A DNA stretch of 32,000 nucleotides from Thermodesulfobacterium commune DSM 2178 (GTDB taxonomy: Bacteria > Desulfobacterota > Thermodesulfobacteria > Thermodesulfobacteriales > Thermodesulfobacteriaceae): assembly GCF_000734015.1 (NCBI RefSeq), contig NZ_CP008796.1, positions 390,001-422,000 on the forward strand. The letters are read 5' to 3'. Made by a program: the position numbers and the translations under genes. The notes beneath the pieces are model-generated. The model was not told the DNA's origin, ran no database searches, and worked only from the letters and a program-made list of their open reading frames with translations. This document shows, in pieces, positions 16,364 through 24,749 of the stretch. Every line of letters starts with the position of its first letter. The stretch's first letter is position 1.

Positions 16364-17698
16364 TTAAAGGACTGGCAGGTATTTTTCTATTTCGTATTCA
16401 AAAACCCTTATTCTGTAATCATCCCATTCTAATTTTTTGTTTGTGATAAGCTGATTATAGATGTGTTCACCTAAAACCTCCCTTAACACCGTACCTTTTT
16501 CTGCCTCCTCTATGGCCTCATACAAGCTTCCGGGCAACTCTTTTATACCTAACTTTTTTCTTTCTTCAGGAGTTAGATGGTATACATCGAGTTCTACAGG
16601 GTCTGGCAATGTGTATTTATTTTGAATTCCTTTTAAGCCTGCCCAAAGCATGGCTGCAAACGCTAAATATGGATTACATCCTGGGTCAGGAGACCTAAGT
16701 TCAATCCTGGTAGCTTTCTCTTTTCCTGGTTTATACATAGGAACCCTAATTAAGGCAGACCTATTTCTTCTTGCCCAACAGATGTAAACCGGAGCTTCGT
16801 ATCCAGGAACCAGTCTTTTATAGGAATTTACCCATTGATTAAGCACTAAAGTGATTTCTCTAATATGATTAAGTATTCCGGCGGTATATTGTTTGGCAAT
16901 ATCAGAAAGATGATATGGGTCTTGAGGGTCAAAAAAGGCATTTTTATCTCCTATGAAAAGAGACTGGTGGGTATGCATACCACTTCCGTTTACTCCAAAT
17001 ATAGGTTTAGGCATGAAGGTAGCATAAACTCCATATTTTTGAGCTATTTCTTTAACAGTAACCTTGTAAGTCATAACGATATCTGCCATGTCTAAAGCGT
17101 TGGCATACCTTAAGTCTATTTCGTGTTGAGAAGGAGCCACCTCATGATGAGAATACTCAACCCTAATCCCCATGGCTTCTAAAGCCAAAATGGTATCTCT
17201 TCTTAGGTCTTCAGCAGCATCTAAGGAATAATCAAAGTATCCCCCCTGATCCAAAATTTCAGGATTATTAGGTGATTTAAAGTAGAAAAACTCTAACTCA
17301 GGTCCTACAAAAAAATTTGTAAAACCCATTTCTTGCATTTTTTCTAACGCTTTCTTTAACACATACCTTGGGTCTCCTTTATAAGGACTACCATCTGGTT
17401 CATAGATATCGCAAAACATCCTTGCTACAGTTTTTTCTTTAGGTCTCCAAGGAAGAATGATAAAAGTCGTTGGGTCTGGAATAGCCACCATATCTGATTC
17501 ATCAATCCTTGCAAACCCCTGGATAGAAGAACCGTCAAATCCCATCCCTTCCTCAAAGGCAACCTCTAATTCATCTACGTGGATGGTAAAACTTTTTAGT
17601 TGACCTAATACATCGGTAAACCAGAGCTTTACAAACATTACATCATGAGCTTTGATAAGTTCCATCACATCTTTTTTGTCTCTGGGTTTGTTTAGCAT
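16364..17698 (-). CDS. glnA: Glutamine synthetase, type I
   Basis: 444 aa. Motifs are ...FVKLWFTDVLGQLKSF..., ...FDGSSIQGF..., ...GPELEFFYF..., ...KPIFGVNGSGMHTHQSL... and ...NRSALIRVP.... RBS GGAGGAGG is present. Confidence 0.95.
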   Translation of the reverse strand: MLNKPRDKKDVMELIKAHDVMFVKLWFTDVLGQLKSFTIHVDELEVAFEEGMGFDGSSIQGFARIDESDMVAIPDPTTFIILPWRPKEKTVARMFCDIYEPDGSPYKGDPRYVLKKALEKMQEMGFTNFFVGPELEFFYFKSPNNPEILDQGGYFDYSLDAAEDLRRDTILALEAMGIRVEYSHHEVAPSQHEIDLRYANALDMADIVMTYKVTVKEIAQKYGVYATFMPKPIFGVNGSGMHTHQSLFIGDKNAFFDPQDPYHLSDIAKQYTAGILNHIREITLVLNQWVNSYKRLVPGYEAPVYICWARRNRSALIRVPMYKPGKEKATRIELRSPDPGCNPYLAFAAMLWAGLKGIQNKYTLPDPVELDVYHLTPEERKKLGIKELPGSLYEAIEEAEKGTVLREVLGEHIYNQLITNKKLEWDDYRIRVFEYEIEKYLPVL

Positions 17699-17735
17699 CT
17701 TTTACCTCCTCCATCAAGGTTGTTTCAAAAATTAA

Positions 17736-17751
17736 AGCAATTTGTATGCCT
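17736..17751 (-). promoter_or_regulatory. Sigma-54 (-24/-12) promoter of glnA
   Basis: Reverse strand reads AGGCATACAAATTGCT with GG-N10-GC and a TTGC -12 element. It ends 37 nt upstream of the glnA ATG. Confidence 0.7.
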
Positions 17752-17956
17752 ATTAAAGCCTGGATATACAGTTTAGATAAAAAAGTTCGATATAAACCAA
17801 AAAGTGCATTAAAGTAAATTTTTGTAAAATTGTGTAACTTATGGTTCAATCAAATCCTTACATAGAAAATTTTTACACATATCTTGGTAAACTTGATAAG
17901 TTTTTAAAGGTAGTTATAATTTTTTATTGTAAAAACATAGTTTGAGAAAATGAAAG

Positions 17957-19489
17957 ATGATATCAAAAAATCAAATAGAACGAGCTTACCAAGAACTTCT
18001 TACTTTGTTTAAAGTGAGTAAGGTTTTAAGTTCATCTTTAAACATTTTTGAAAATTTGAAAAATGCTCTGCAAATACTTGCAGAAGACCTATATTTAACA
18101 AGGGGCACGGTTACGCTTTTTGATTCAGCTGTTAATGAGCTAAAAATAGTTGTAGCCTATGGACTTACAGAAGAACAGATTAGAAGAGGACGTTACAAAA
18201 TTGGAGAAGGTATTGTAGGTAAGGTTTTTGAATCAGGACAACCTATGATTGTACCAAACATAGGTGAAGAACCTATGTTTTTAAATAAAACAGGGGCCAG
18301 GGTTAAAAAAGACAAAATTTCTTTTTTATGTGTTCCCATCAAGTTAGGAGATGAAATCTTTGGGGTTTTATCGGTTGACAGGATATTTGATGTAAATACA
18401 GATTTTGCTGAAGACCTAAGGGTTTTAGAAATTTTAGCCACACTCTTTGCTCAGATAATAAAGATTTACAACTTACTCTATGAGGAGAAAAAGAAAAGAG
18501 AATTTTTTGAAAAAGAGGTAAAGAAAAAATATCAGTTTTACAATCTTGTATATTCTTCAGAACAGATGAGACAGATAATAAAGATATGTGAAAAAATCTC
18601 CTCTACCAAGGCTCCAGTTTTAATTCAGGGAGAAAGTGGTACCGGAAAAGAGTTAATAGCTAAAGCCATCCACTTTAACAGTGATAGAGCAGACAAACCT
18701 TTTATAGCCATAAATTGTGCGGCTATCCCAGAAAATTTATTAGAGGCAGAGCTTTTTGGTTATGAAAAAGGGGCTTTTACCGGAGCTTTTACCTCTAAGC
18801 CTGGAAAATTTGAGTTGGCTAACGGAGGGACTCTATTTTTAGATGAAATCGGAGATCTTCCTTTATCTCTTCAAGCTAAGTTGTTAAGGGTTTTACAGGA
18901 GCATACCTTTGAAAGATTAGGAGGAACTAAATCCATAAAGGTAGATTTTCGTTTGATTTCAGCTACGCATAAAAACTTAAAAGAGCTTATCAGCCAGGGT
19001 AAGTTTAGAGAGGATCTGTACTTTAGAATAAACGTAGTAAACATATACATACCTCCTTTAAGGGAAAGAAAAGAAGATATAGTGGTTTTAATCGAACATT
19101 TTTTAAATCAACTAAACCAAAAATATCAAAAATCGGTAAAAATTTCTAAAGAAGTTTTAAAAATTTTTTTAGAATATCCTTGGCCAGGTAATGTAAGAGA
19201 ACTTGAAAATACTCTTGAAAGTATGGTAATACTCTCTGATGATGAATTGATTACACCAGAACACCTACCTGAAGTTTTTAAATCTTGTCAAATAAGTCAA
19301 CCTAAATCTGATGTTCAAGAAAGTTCCTTACAAGCCATCAACCTCAAGCAACAAATAGAGGAAGAGGAGAAACAAAGGATCATCTCAGCACTTAAAGCTT
19401 GCAAGTTTAACCAAACGCAAGCAGCTAAACTTTTAGGGATGACAAGAAGACAGCTAAACTATCGTCTTCATAAGTATGGTATCATCTAA
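17957..19489 (+). CDS. Sigma-54-dependent transcriptional activator with N-terminal GAF domain (NifA/NtrC-like: GAF, AAA+, HTH), divergent from glnA
   Basis: 510 aa. The GAF-like N-terminus contains ...[20 protein letters not shown]...[19 protein letters not shown]...[19 protein letters not shown]+ motifs are [25 protein letters not shown] and [11 protein letters not shown]-terminal HTH is [24 protein letters not shown]. Confidence 0.92.
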   Translation: MISKNQIERAYQELLTLFKVSKVLSSSLNIFENLKNALQILAEDLYLTRGTVTLFDSAVNELKIVVAYGLTEEQIRRGRYKIGEGIVGKVFESGQPMIVPNIGEEPMFLNKTGARVKKDKISFLCVPIKLGDEIFGVLSVDRIFDVNTDFAEDLRVLEILATLFAQIIKIYNLLYEEKKKREFFEKEVKKKYQFYNLVYSSEQMRQIIKICEKISSTKAPVLIQGESGTGKELIAKAIHFNSDRADKPFIAINCAAIPENLLEAELFGYEKGAFTGAFTSKPGKFELANGGTLFLDEIGDLPLSLQAKLLRVLQEHTFERLGGTKSIKVDFRLISATHKNLKELISQGKFREDLYFRINVVNIYIPPLRERKEDIVVLIEHFLNQLNQKYQKSVKISKEVLKIFLEYPWPGNVRELENTLESMVILSDDELITPEHLPEVFKSCQISQPKSDVQESSLQAINLKQQIEEEEKQRIISALKACKFNQTQAAKLLGMTRRQLNYRLHKYGII

Positions 19490-19498
19490 CCAACCTTT

Positions 19499-20188
19499 TT
19501 AAAGGGTAAAGAATTTGTCATAAAAATTTTTTGCCCTTAATGAGTATTCTATATAGATTTCTTCTGATTCTTTAAGTATAACGTTTTTTAAAGGAAAGTC
19601 CTCAAACCATTGGGCAATTATATTTTTGGTTACTTCTACGTGAAATTGAAGGGCATAAACCTTTTGATCAAATTTAAAAGCTTGGTTTTCATAAAGAGTT
19701 GATCTTGCAAGATGGATAGCCCCTGAGGGGAGGTCAAAAGTGTCTCCATGCCACTGGAATACTTTAAATTTCTTAGAAATTTGGCCTGTTGCAGGATGTG
19801 TAGCTAAAGAAAGCATCAAAGGATCTTCTAAACCTTGGGGAGTTAATTCAACCTCAAACCAACCAATTTCCTCTTTAGGTCCTTTAAAAACTTTAGCCCC
19901 GAGAACATGAGCTATCAACTGAGCTCCAAGACAGATCCCCAGGACTTTTAAGTTTTTATTGATTGCTTTTTCTATAATTTGAGCAACACCCCTTAAATAG
20001 GGGTATTGCTCCATTTCATATACTCCCATCGGTCCACCCATTACAATTAACCCGGTGTAATCATCTAAACTGAAAGGTAGTTCTCCTTCTTGAGCTTCAA
20101 AAATTTTATAAGGGATCCGGTATTTTTTTAGATAGGTCTCTATACTTCCAGGCCCTTCTTCTTTTACATTTTTTATGATAGCTATCAT
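19499..20188 (-). CDS. Class I glutamine amidotransferase (GuaA-like GATase1 domain protein)
   Basis: 229 aa. The nucleophile elbow is ...VLGICLGAQLIA... and the His region is ...ALQFHVEVT.... It is the last gene after P-II, with a 12-nt gap. Confidence 0.8.
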   Translation of the reverse strand: MIAIIKNVKEEGPGSIETYLKKYRIPYKIFEAQEGELPFSLDDYTGLIVMGGPMGVYEMEQYPYLRGVAQIIEKAINKNLKVLGICLGAQLIAHVLGAKVFKGPKEEIGWFEVELTPQGLEDPLMLSLATHPATGQISKKFKVFQWHGDTFDLPSGAIHLARSTLYENQAFKFDQKVYALQFHVEVTKNIIAQWFEDFPLKNVILKESEEIYIEYSLRAKNFYDKFFTL

Positions 20189-20200
20189 TATTTTTTTCCC

Positions 20201-20551
<351 letters not shown>

Positions 20552-20570
20552 TTAAGTTTTTAGTTAGTTA

Positions 20571-21881
20571 TTAAAAATTATAAGCCTTTTCTCCATGTTG
20601 GGTAGAATCAAGTCCTGTAGTTTCCTCTTCATCTGAAACCCTAATTTTCATGAAAAGTCTGATGACCAGGAATATTATACCAGTCATAAGGGCAGTATAA
20701 ACTATGGTAATTAATACTGCAAGGATCTGTATAAGAACTTGGTTAGGGTTTCCATAAAGTAATCCCTTCCCAAGTTCATTGATAGATGGGTCTGCAAAAA
20801 CTCCAGTCAGAATAGCACCGATAATTCCTGCTACCCCATGAATTCCAAATACATCAAGAGCATCATCATATCCCAATTTTGATTTCATCGCTGTAACACT
20901 AAAATATGATAGACTTCCTGCTAAGATTCCAATGACCATAGCCCCAAACACGTTAACAAATCCAGCTGCTGGAGTTATGGCTACCAAACCAGCTACTATC
21001 CCGGAGGCAATCCCAAGTAGGGTAGGTTTTTTAGTAATCATCCATTCTGTAACCATCCAGGCAAGGGCTGCTACAGCACAGGCGAGGTTTGTATTAAGAA
21101 ATGCTTGGGCTGCAAGCCCATTTGAGGCTACAGCACTTCCTCCGTTAAATCCAAACCATCCAAACCATAAGATTCCACTACCTATCACCACTAAGGTTAA
21201 GTTGTTAGGGAGAAGATAATTCTTCTTTCTTTTCCCAAGGATTAAAGCTCCTACCAAAGCAGCTATCCCAGCGTTAACATGAACCACAGTTCCTCCTGCA
21301 AAATCAAGGGCTCCTAATTTAGAAAGAAATCCTCCTCCCCATACCCAATGAGCTACCGGTATATAAACAAGGCTCATCCATAAAACAGAAAAAATAATCC
21401 ATGCTGAAAACTTTATTCTTTCTATATAAGCTCCACTTATCAAAGCAACTGTTATCCCGGCAAACGTAAGTTGATACATGCAAAAAAGTACCTCTGGTAT
21501 CGTTCCTTGGAGAGAATCAATACTGATTCCTTTTAATAAGATTTTATCAAAATTTCCTATCATGCCTTTTATATCACCAGAAAAACTTAAACTATACCCA
21601 TATATCACCCATAATAAACTTACGATGCAATAGGCAACAAAGCTCATGGCTATGGTGTTTAGTACATCCTTTTTTTTAGCAAGGCCTCCATAAAAAAGGG
21701 CAAGGCCAGGAATTGTCATAAACATAACTAAAGCTGAAGAAATAAGCATCCAGGCAGTGTCTCCTGTGTCAAGTTTTGGTTGAGATGTTTGATCAGCTAA
21801 AACATCTTTCGAATAGACTAAAACCATCATCCAAGAAAATGCTAAAAAATTTAAGATTTGCTCCATAAATTTTTTTGTCAT
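20571..21881 (-). CDS. amtB: Ammonium transporter (Amt family)
   Basis: 436 aa. Motifs are ...DTGDTAWMLISSALVMFMTIPGLALFYGG..., ...ALDFAGGTVVHVNAGIAALVGA..., ...WFGWFGFNGGS... and ...DDALDVFGIHGVAGIIGAILTG.... AGGAGGGG lies 5 nt upstream of the start. Confidence 0.95.
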   Translation of the reverse strand: MTKKFMEQILNFLAFSWMMVLVYSKDVLADQTSQPKLDTGDTAWMLISSALVMFMTIPGLALFYGGLAKKKDVLNTIAMSFVAYCIVSLLWVIYGYSLSFSGDIKGMIGNFDKILLKGISIDSLQGTIPEVLFCMYQLTFAGITVALISGAYIERIKFSAWIIFSVLWMSLVYIPVAHWVWGGGFLSKLGALDFAGGTVVHVNAGIAALVGALILGKRKKNYLLPNNLTLVVIGSGILWFGWFGFNGGSAVASNGLAAQAFLNTNLACAVAALAWMVTEWMITKKPTLLGIASGIVAGLVAITPAAGFVNVFGAMVIGILAGSLSYFSVTAMKSKLGYDDALDVFGIHGVAGIIGAILTGVFADPSINELGKGLLYGNPNQVLIQILAVLITIVYTALMTGIIFLVIRLFMKIRVSDEEETTGLDSTQHGEKAYNF

Positions 21882-21912
21882 TTCTACCCCTCCTATTTTT
21901 AGTGTTTGTTAT

Positions 21913-22746
21913 TTAAAAATTTAAGGTAAAGTTAACTCCTGCTACCCAGGTATTATCAAGATGTCCGTTAGGGTTATAAGACTTGCCTTCTACTTTTTTT
22001 TGGGCTTTGCTTGAGAGAGGGAACCAGTATTGAACCGTTGGTTGTATCATAAAGTTTTTAGTGAGTGGAATGCTAACTATCGCTTGTATTTTTCCATCAT
22101 GAAACCCCGTATATTTTTTCCCTGTATAATCGTGGGTGCTTTTTTCATAAGTTCTCCAGTAGTTGCTATCCCCCTTGAAATAACCAAACCCAGCTGCTAA
22201 GTCAAGATTAATATTTTTATATAAGTTTTTAGTATAAGAAAGACTAAAATTAACATAAGTACCGGGATAGGTGGCGATATCTCTATAAATAGTTATCGTT
22301 GGTTTAATAAACATATCATAGCTTGCGCTAAAAAAAATCTCTTCAGTTTCTTCAGTATATTTAGTTCCATAATAGATATAGCCTCCGGTTAAAGAAAGTT
22401 TGTTTCGGGTATAGGTATAACTGACTGTTATATCGTGCTCGTTAAAGCTTTTTTTGTTTGGTCTATCTGGATTAAAACTTTGGGTAGGATTTTCATGGGT
22501 ATCTAAATTGCCCCAATAATTAACCGAAAAACCACCGTAAGAAAGGGTAATAGAAGGCTGAATAACCAGACTATCCGAACTAAGTTCATAACCACGAAAT
22601 ACATACTGGTTAAAAACTCCTCCAGAAAGACTTCCTGTTATTTTTTTAGGTTGAGGAGTATCCTCTGCTTTTATCCCTTGTACATTAAGGAATAAACTTC
22701 CTATGGTGATCACTAAACCCAATTTTTTAATTTTTGACCCAACCAT
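21913..22746 (-). CDS. Outer-membrane beta-barrel protein, TorF/Gcw_chp-like putative porin, first gene of the amtB operon
   Basis: 277 aa. The signal peptide is MVGSKIKKLGLVITIGSLFLNVQGIKA. ...GGVFNQYVFRGYELSSDSLVIQPSITLSY... resembles the SDY-x-FRG...QP start of that family. The protein has alternating beta-strand patterning and a C-terminal ...VNFTLNF aromatic end. Confidence 0.55.
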   Translation of the reverse strand: MVGSKIKKLGLVITIGSLFLNVQGIKAEDTPQPKKITGSLSGGVFNQYVFRGYELSSDSLVIQPSITLSYGGFSVNYWGNLDTHENPTQSFNPDRPNKKSFNEHDITVSYTYTRNKLSLTGGYIYYGTKYTEETEEIFFSASYDMFIKPTITIYRDIATYPGTYVNFSLSYTKNLYKNINLDLAAGFGYFKGDSNYWRTYEKSTHDYTGKKYTGFHDGKIQAIVSIPLTKNFMIQPTVQYWFPLSSKAQKKVEGKSYNPNGHLDNTWVAGVNFTLNF

Positions 22747-22790
22747 TTTTAAAACCTCCTATTTTTGAATTTTTTTATTAATCTAAGCAA

Positions 22791-22806
22791 TGCGAAAAAT
22801 ATGCCA
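22791..22806 (-). promoter_or_regulatory. Sigma-54 (-24/-12) promoter of the porin-amtB-glnK-GATase operon
   Basis: Reverse strand reads TGGCATATTTTTCGCA with GG-N10-GC. It ends 44 nt upstream of the 22746 ATG, with AGGAGG in between. Confidence 0.7.
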
Positions 22807-22872
22807 GAAATACAAGTTCTCTTAACAAAAGGAAATCCTTAAGTTTTGAGAAATATTTTTTAACAAAAAGTT

Positions 22873-22924
22873 ACAAAAATATACAATTAAATTCAAGGGT
22901 TTTTAGATTTTTGTATATTTTTGT
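22873..22924. promoter_or_regulatory. 14-bp perfect inverted repeat pair, candidate UAS for the 22791 sigma-54 promoter
   Basis: ACAAAAATATACAA (22873-22886) and TTGTATATTTTTGT (22911-22924) are exact reverse complements separated by 24 nt. The pair is centred about 95 bp upstream of the -24 element. Confidence 0.4.
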
Positions 22925-23162
22925 TTAATTTTGAAAATAAAAATTGCTGGTCTAAATAGTATGAGCTGGATTATTTTAATAACTTCGCTTTCGTAAAGTT
23001 CTTTTTTAATCTATAAAAAAATTGGCTAAAATCTCTGTTTTCAAACCTATATAAAATCTGTTTAAGTCAATTTGTGCCGTTGTTGATTATATTATTATTT
23101 TATGTTATTCTTTTAAAAAAGATAGTCTTAACCTTGAAAGGCTTCTGAAAGGTTGACCAATT

Positions 23163-23227
23163 AGAAAGGTTTTTTTAGGTGTTTTCGTATGATTTATAGA
23201 TGTTATTTGAGAGGTTTTTTTAGGAGT
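23163..23227. repeat. Two ~19-bp direct repeats in the long porin/chrA intergenic region
   Basis: GAAAGGTTTTTTTAGGTGT (23164-23182) and GAGAGGTTTTTTTAGGAGT (23209-23227) match at 17/19 positions. Additional GAAAGG(C/T)T copies lie at 23136 and 23147. Confidence 0.5.
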
Positions 23228-23385
23228 ATAGTTATTTTAATTTGGGATAAAATAGCAGAAAGAGAAGGGGTGAGTTATCCAAAATTAATTGCTGTTTGCT
23301 TTTTTGGTAAGTAATGATTTTGAGTCTACGAGAGTGGTTATTTTGGCAATATGAAAAACAGGAAGTTAGCAACCCCTTGGTATAG

Positions 23386-24534
23386 ATGATAAACAATCAC
23401 GTTAAGATTGTAGAGCTGTTTTTTAGTTTTTTAAAACTGGGGTTTACTGCTTTTGGTGGTCCTGCGATGGTAGCTTATATTAAGGAGTTAGTGGTAGAGA
23501 AAAGGGAATGGCTTGATAAACAAACCTTTCAGGATGGGGTAGTTCTTGCTCAGGTTATTCCCGGTGCAACTGCTATTCAGATGGCTGGTTATGTTGGGTT
23601 TAAAACCAGAGGAATTCTCGGAGGTCTTGCCAGTTTTACAGGTTTTGGGTTGCCTGCTTTCTTGTTCATGCTTTTTTTATCTCAGGTTTATGTTAAGACC
23701 CATGACCTTCCAAAGGTTATCTCAGTGTTTACTGGACTTCAAGTAGTAGTGGTTAGCATCGTTGCCAATGCCTTTTTAAGTTTTGCAAGACCTTTAGTTA
23801 ACTCTAAAGCAGAAATGTTTATGGCAATTCTTTCTTTTTTACTTTTATTTTTTAAGGTTAGTCCTTTTTTGATAATTTTTATATGTTTGGTTCTTTCTCA
23901 ACTGGTTTTTAAAGATGTTTCTATCAATAAAACAGAGACTTCAAAGAGGATAAATTATCAAGGTCTTTTAATCTTGATTTTTATTCCTTTTATAGAGTTA
24001 TTCTTTTTATACTTTTGGGATAAGACTCTTTTTAATATTTCTTTAGTTATGATAAAAATAGACCTTTTTGCTTTTGGAGGAGGCTATGCTTCTTTACCTC
24101 TTATGATGCATGAATTTGTAGATAGATTGGGCTGGATTGATAACAGAACTTTCATGGATGGTATAGCCCTTGGGCAAGTTACTCCAGGACCGATAGTGAT
24201 AACAGCCACTTTTGTCGGTTATCTATTAAAAGGTCTTTTGGGAGCTTTGATGGCAACGATTTCTGTTTTTACCCCATCTTTTATTATAATGGCATTATTC
24301 TGCGAGTTTTCAGATAAGATGAATCAATTAAAAATTTTTTTAAAAGCAAAACAGGGAATCTTAGCCTCTTTTTCTGCTTTACTTCTTTTTGTGTTAATTA
24401 AGTTTATAGTTTCTTTAGACTGGAATTTCTTGAAAGCCATGATGGCTATGGTGAGTTTCTTTGCCCTCTATCGAAAGGTTAACCTTGTTTACGTAGTTCT
24501 TATTTCTGTGTTGTTTTCAGCTTTTCTTTTTTAA
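23386..24534 (+). CDS. chrA: Chromate transporter family protein (ChrA, duplicated CHR domains)
   Basis: 382 aa. ...FLKLGFTAFGGPAMVAYIKELVVEKREWLDKQTFQDGVVLAQVIPGATAIQ... appears in the first half. The second-half repeat is ...DLFAFGGGYASLPLMMHEFVDRLGWIDNRTFMDGIALGQVTPGPIV.... Confidence 0.9.
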   Translation: MINNHVKIVELFFSFLKLGFTAFGGPAMVAYIKELVVEKREWLDKQTFQDGVVLAQVIPGATAIQMAGYVGFKTRGILGGLASFTGFGLPAFLFMLFLSQVYVKTHDLPKVISVFTGLQVVVVSIVANAFLSFARPLVNSKAEMFMAILSFLLLFFKVSPFLIIFICLVLSQLVFKDVSINKTETSKRINYQGLLILIFIPFIELFFLYFWDKTLFNISLVMIKIDLFAFGGGYASLPLMMHEFVDRLGWIDNRTFMDGIALGQVTPGPIVITATFVGYLLKGLLGALMATISVFTPSFIIMALFCEFSDKMNQLKIFLKAKQGILASFSALLLFVLIKFIVSLDWNFLKAMMAMVSFFALYRKVNLVYVVLISVLFSAFLF

Positions 24535-24649
24535 ACACATTTTAGTAACATTTTCTTTTTGGTTGTTTCACATTTAAATCACTAAAACTTGAAAAATTTT
24601 TCAAATTTTTTGCAATTTTAAGTTATAAAAAATATAAAAATATTTTTTA

Positions 24650-24677
24650 TTGACATTTTTTTAAAATATGTTATCAA
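24650..24677 (+). promoter_or_regulatory. Sigma-70-type promoter candidate for the TonB-receptor operon
   Basis: TTGACA (24650-24655), N16, TATCAA (24672-24677). The AT-rich context makes this a weak call. Confidence 0.3.
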
Positions 24678-24714
24678 AATAAGTAATAATTTTTAAAAAT
24701 ATGCTTTAAGTTAC

Positions 24715-24732
24715 AACTAATGCAAATTAGTT
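24715..24732. promoter_or_regulatory. 18-bp palindrome between the putative promoter and RBS, candidate repressor operator or 5'-UTR hairpin
   Basis: AACTAAT-GCAA-ATTAGTT has 7-bp perfect arms. It ends 17 nt upstream of the 24750 ATG. Confidence 0.3.
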
Positions 24733-24749
24733 CTTGATAGGGGGTTGAA

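Noticed and set aside
17643-17849. 68-aa ORF on the minus strand overlapping the glnA start and its promoter
   Set aside because: It overlaps the glnA 5' end out of frame and spans the sigma-54 promoter. It has no RBS and no recognisable features.
23314-23385. 23-codon uORF (MILSLREWLFWQYEKQEVSNPLV) whose TAG directly abuts, in frame, the chrA ATG
   Set aside because: It has only a weak RBS and is not recognisable as a ChrA N-terminal extension. It might couple translation into the RBS-poor chrA start, but there is no evidence beyond adjacency.
24535-24749. Looked for a cobalamin riboswitch (B12 box) or a Fur box upstream of the TonB-dependent receptor
   Set aside because: No B12-box-like GC-rich core is present, and the region is too short and AT-rich for the riboswitch. 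The AATAAGTAATAATTTTT stretch matches the Fur consensus only poorly.
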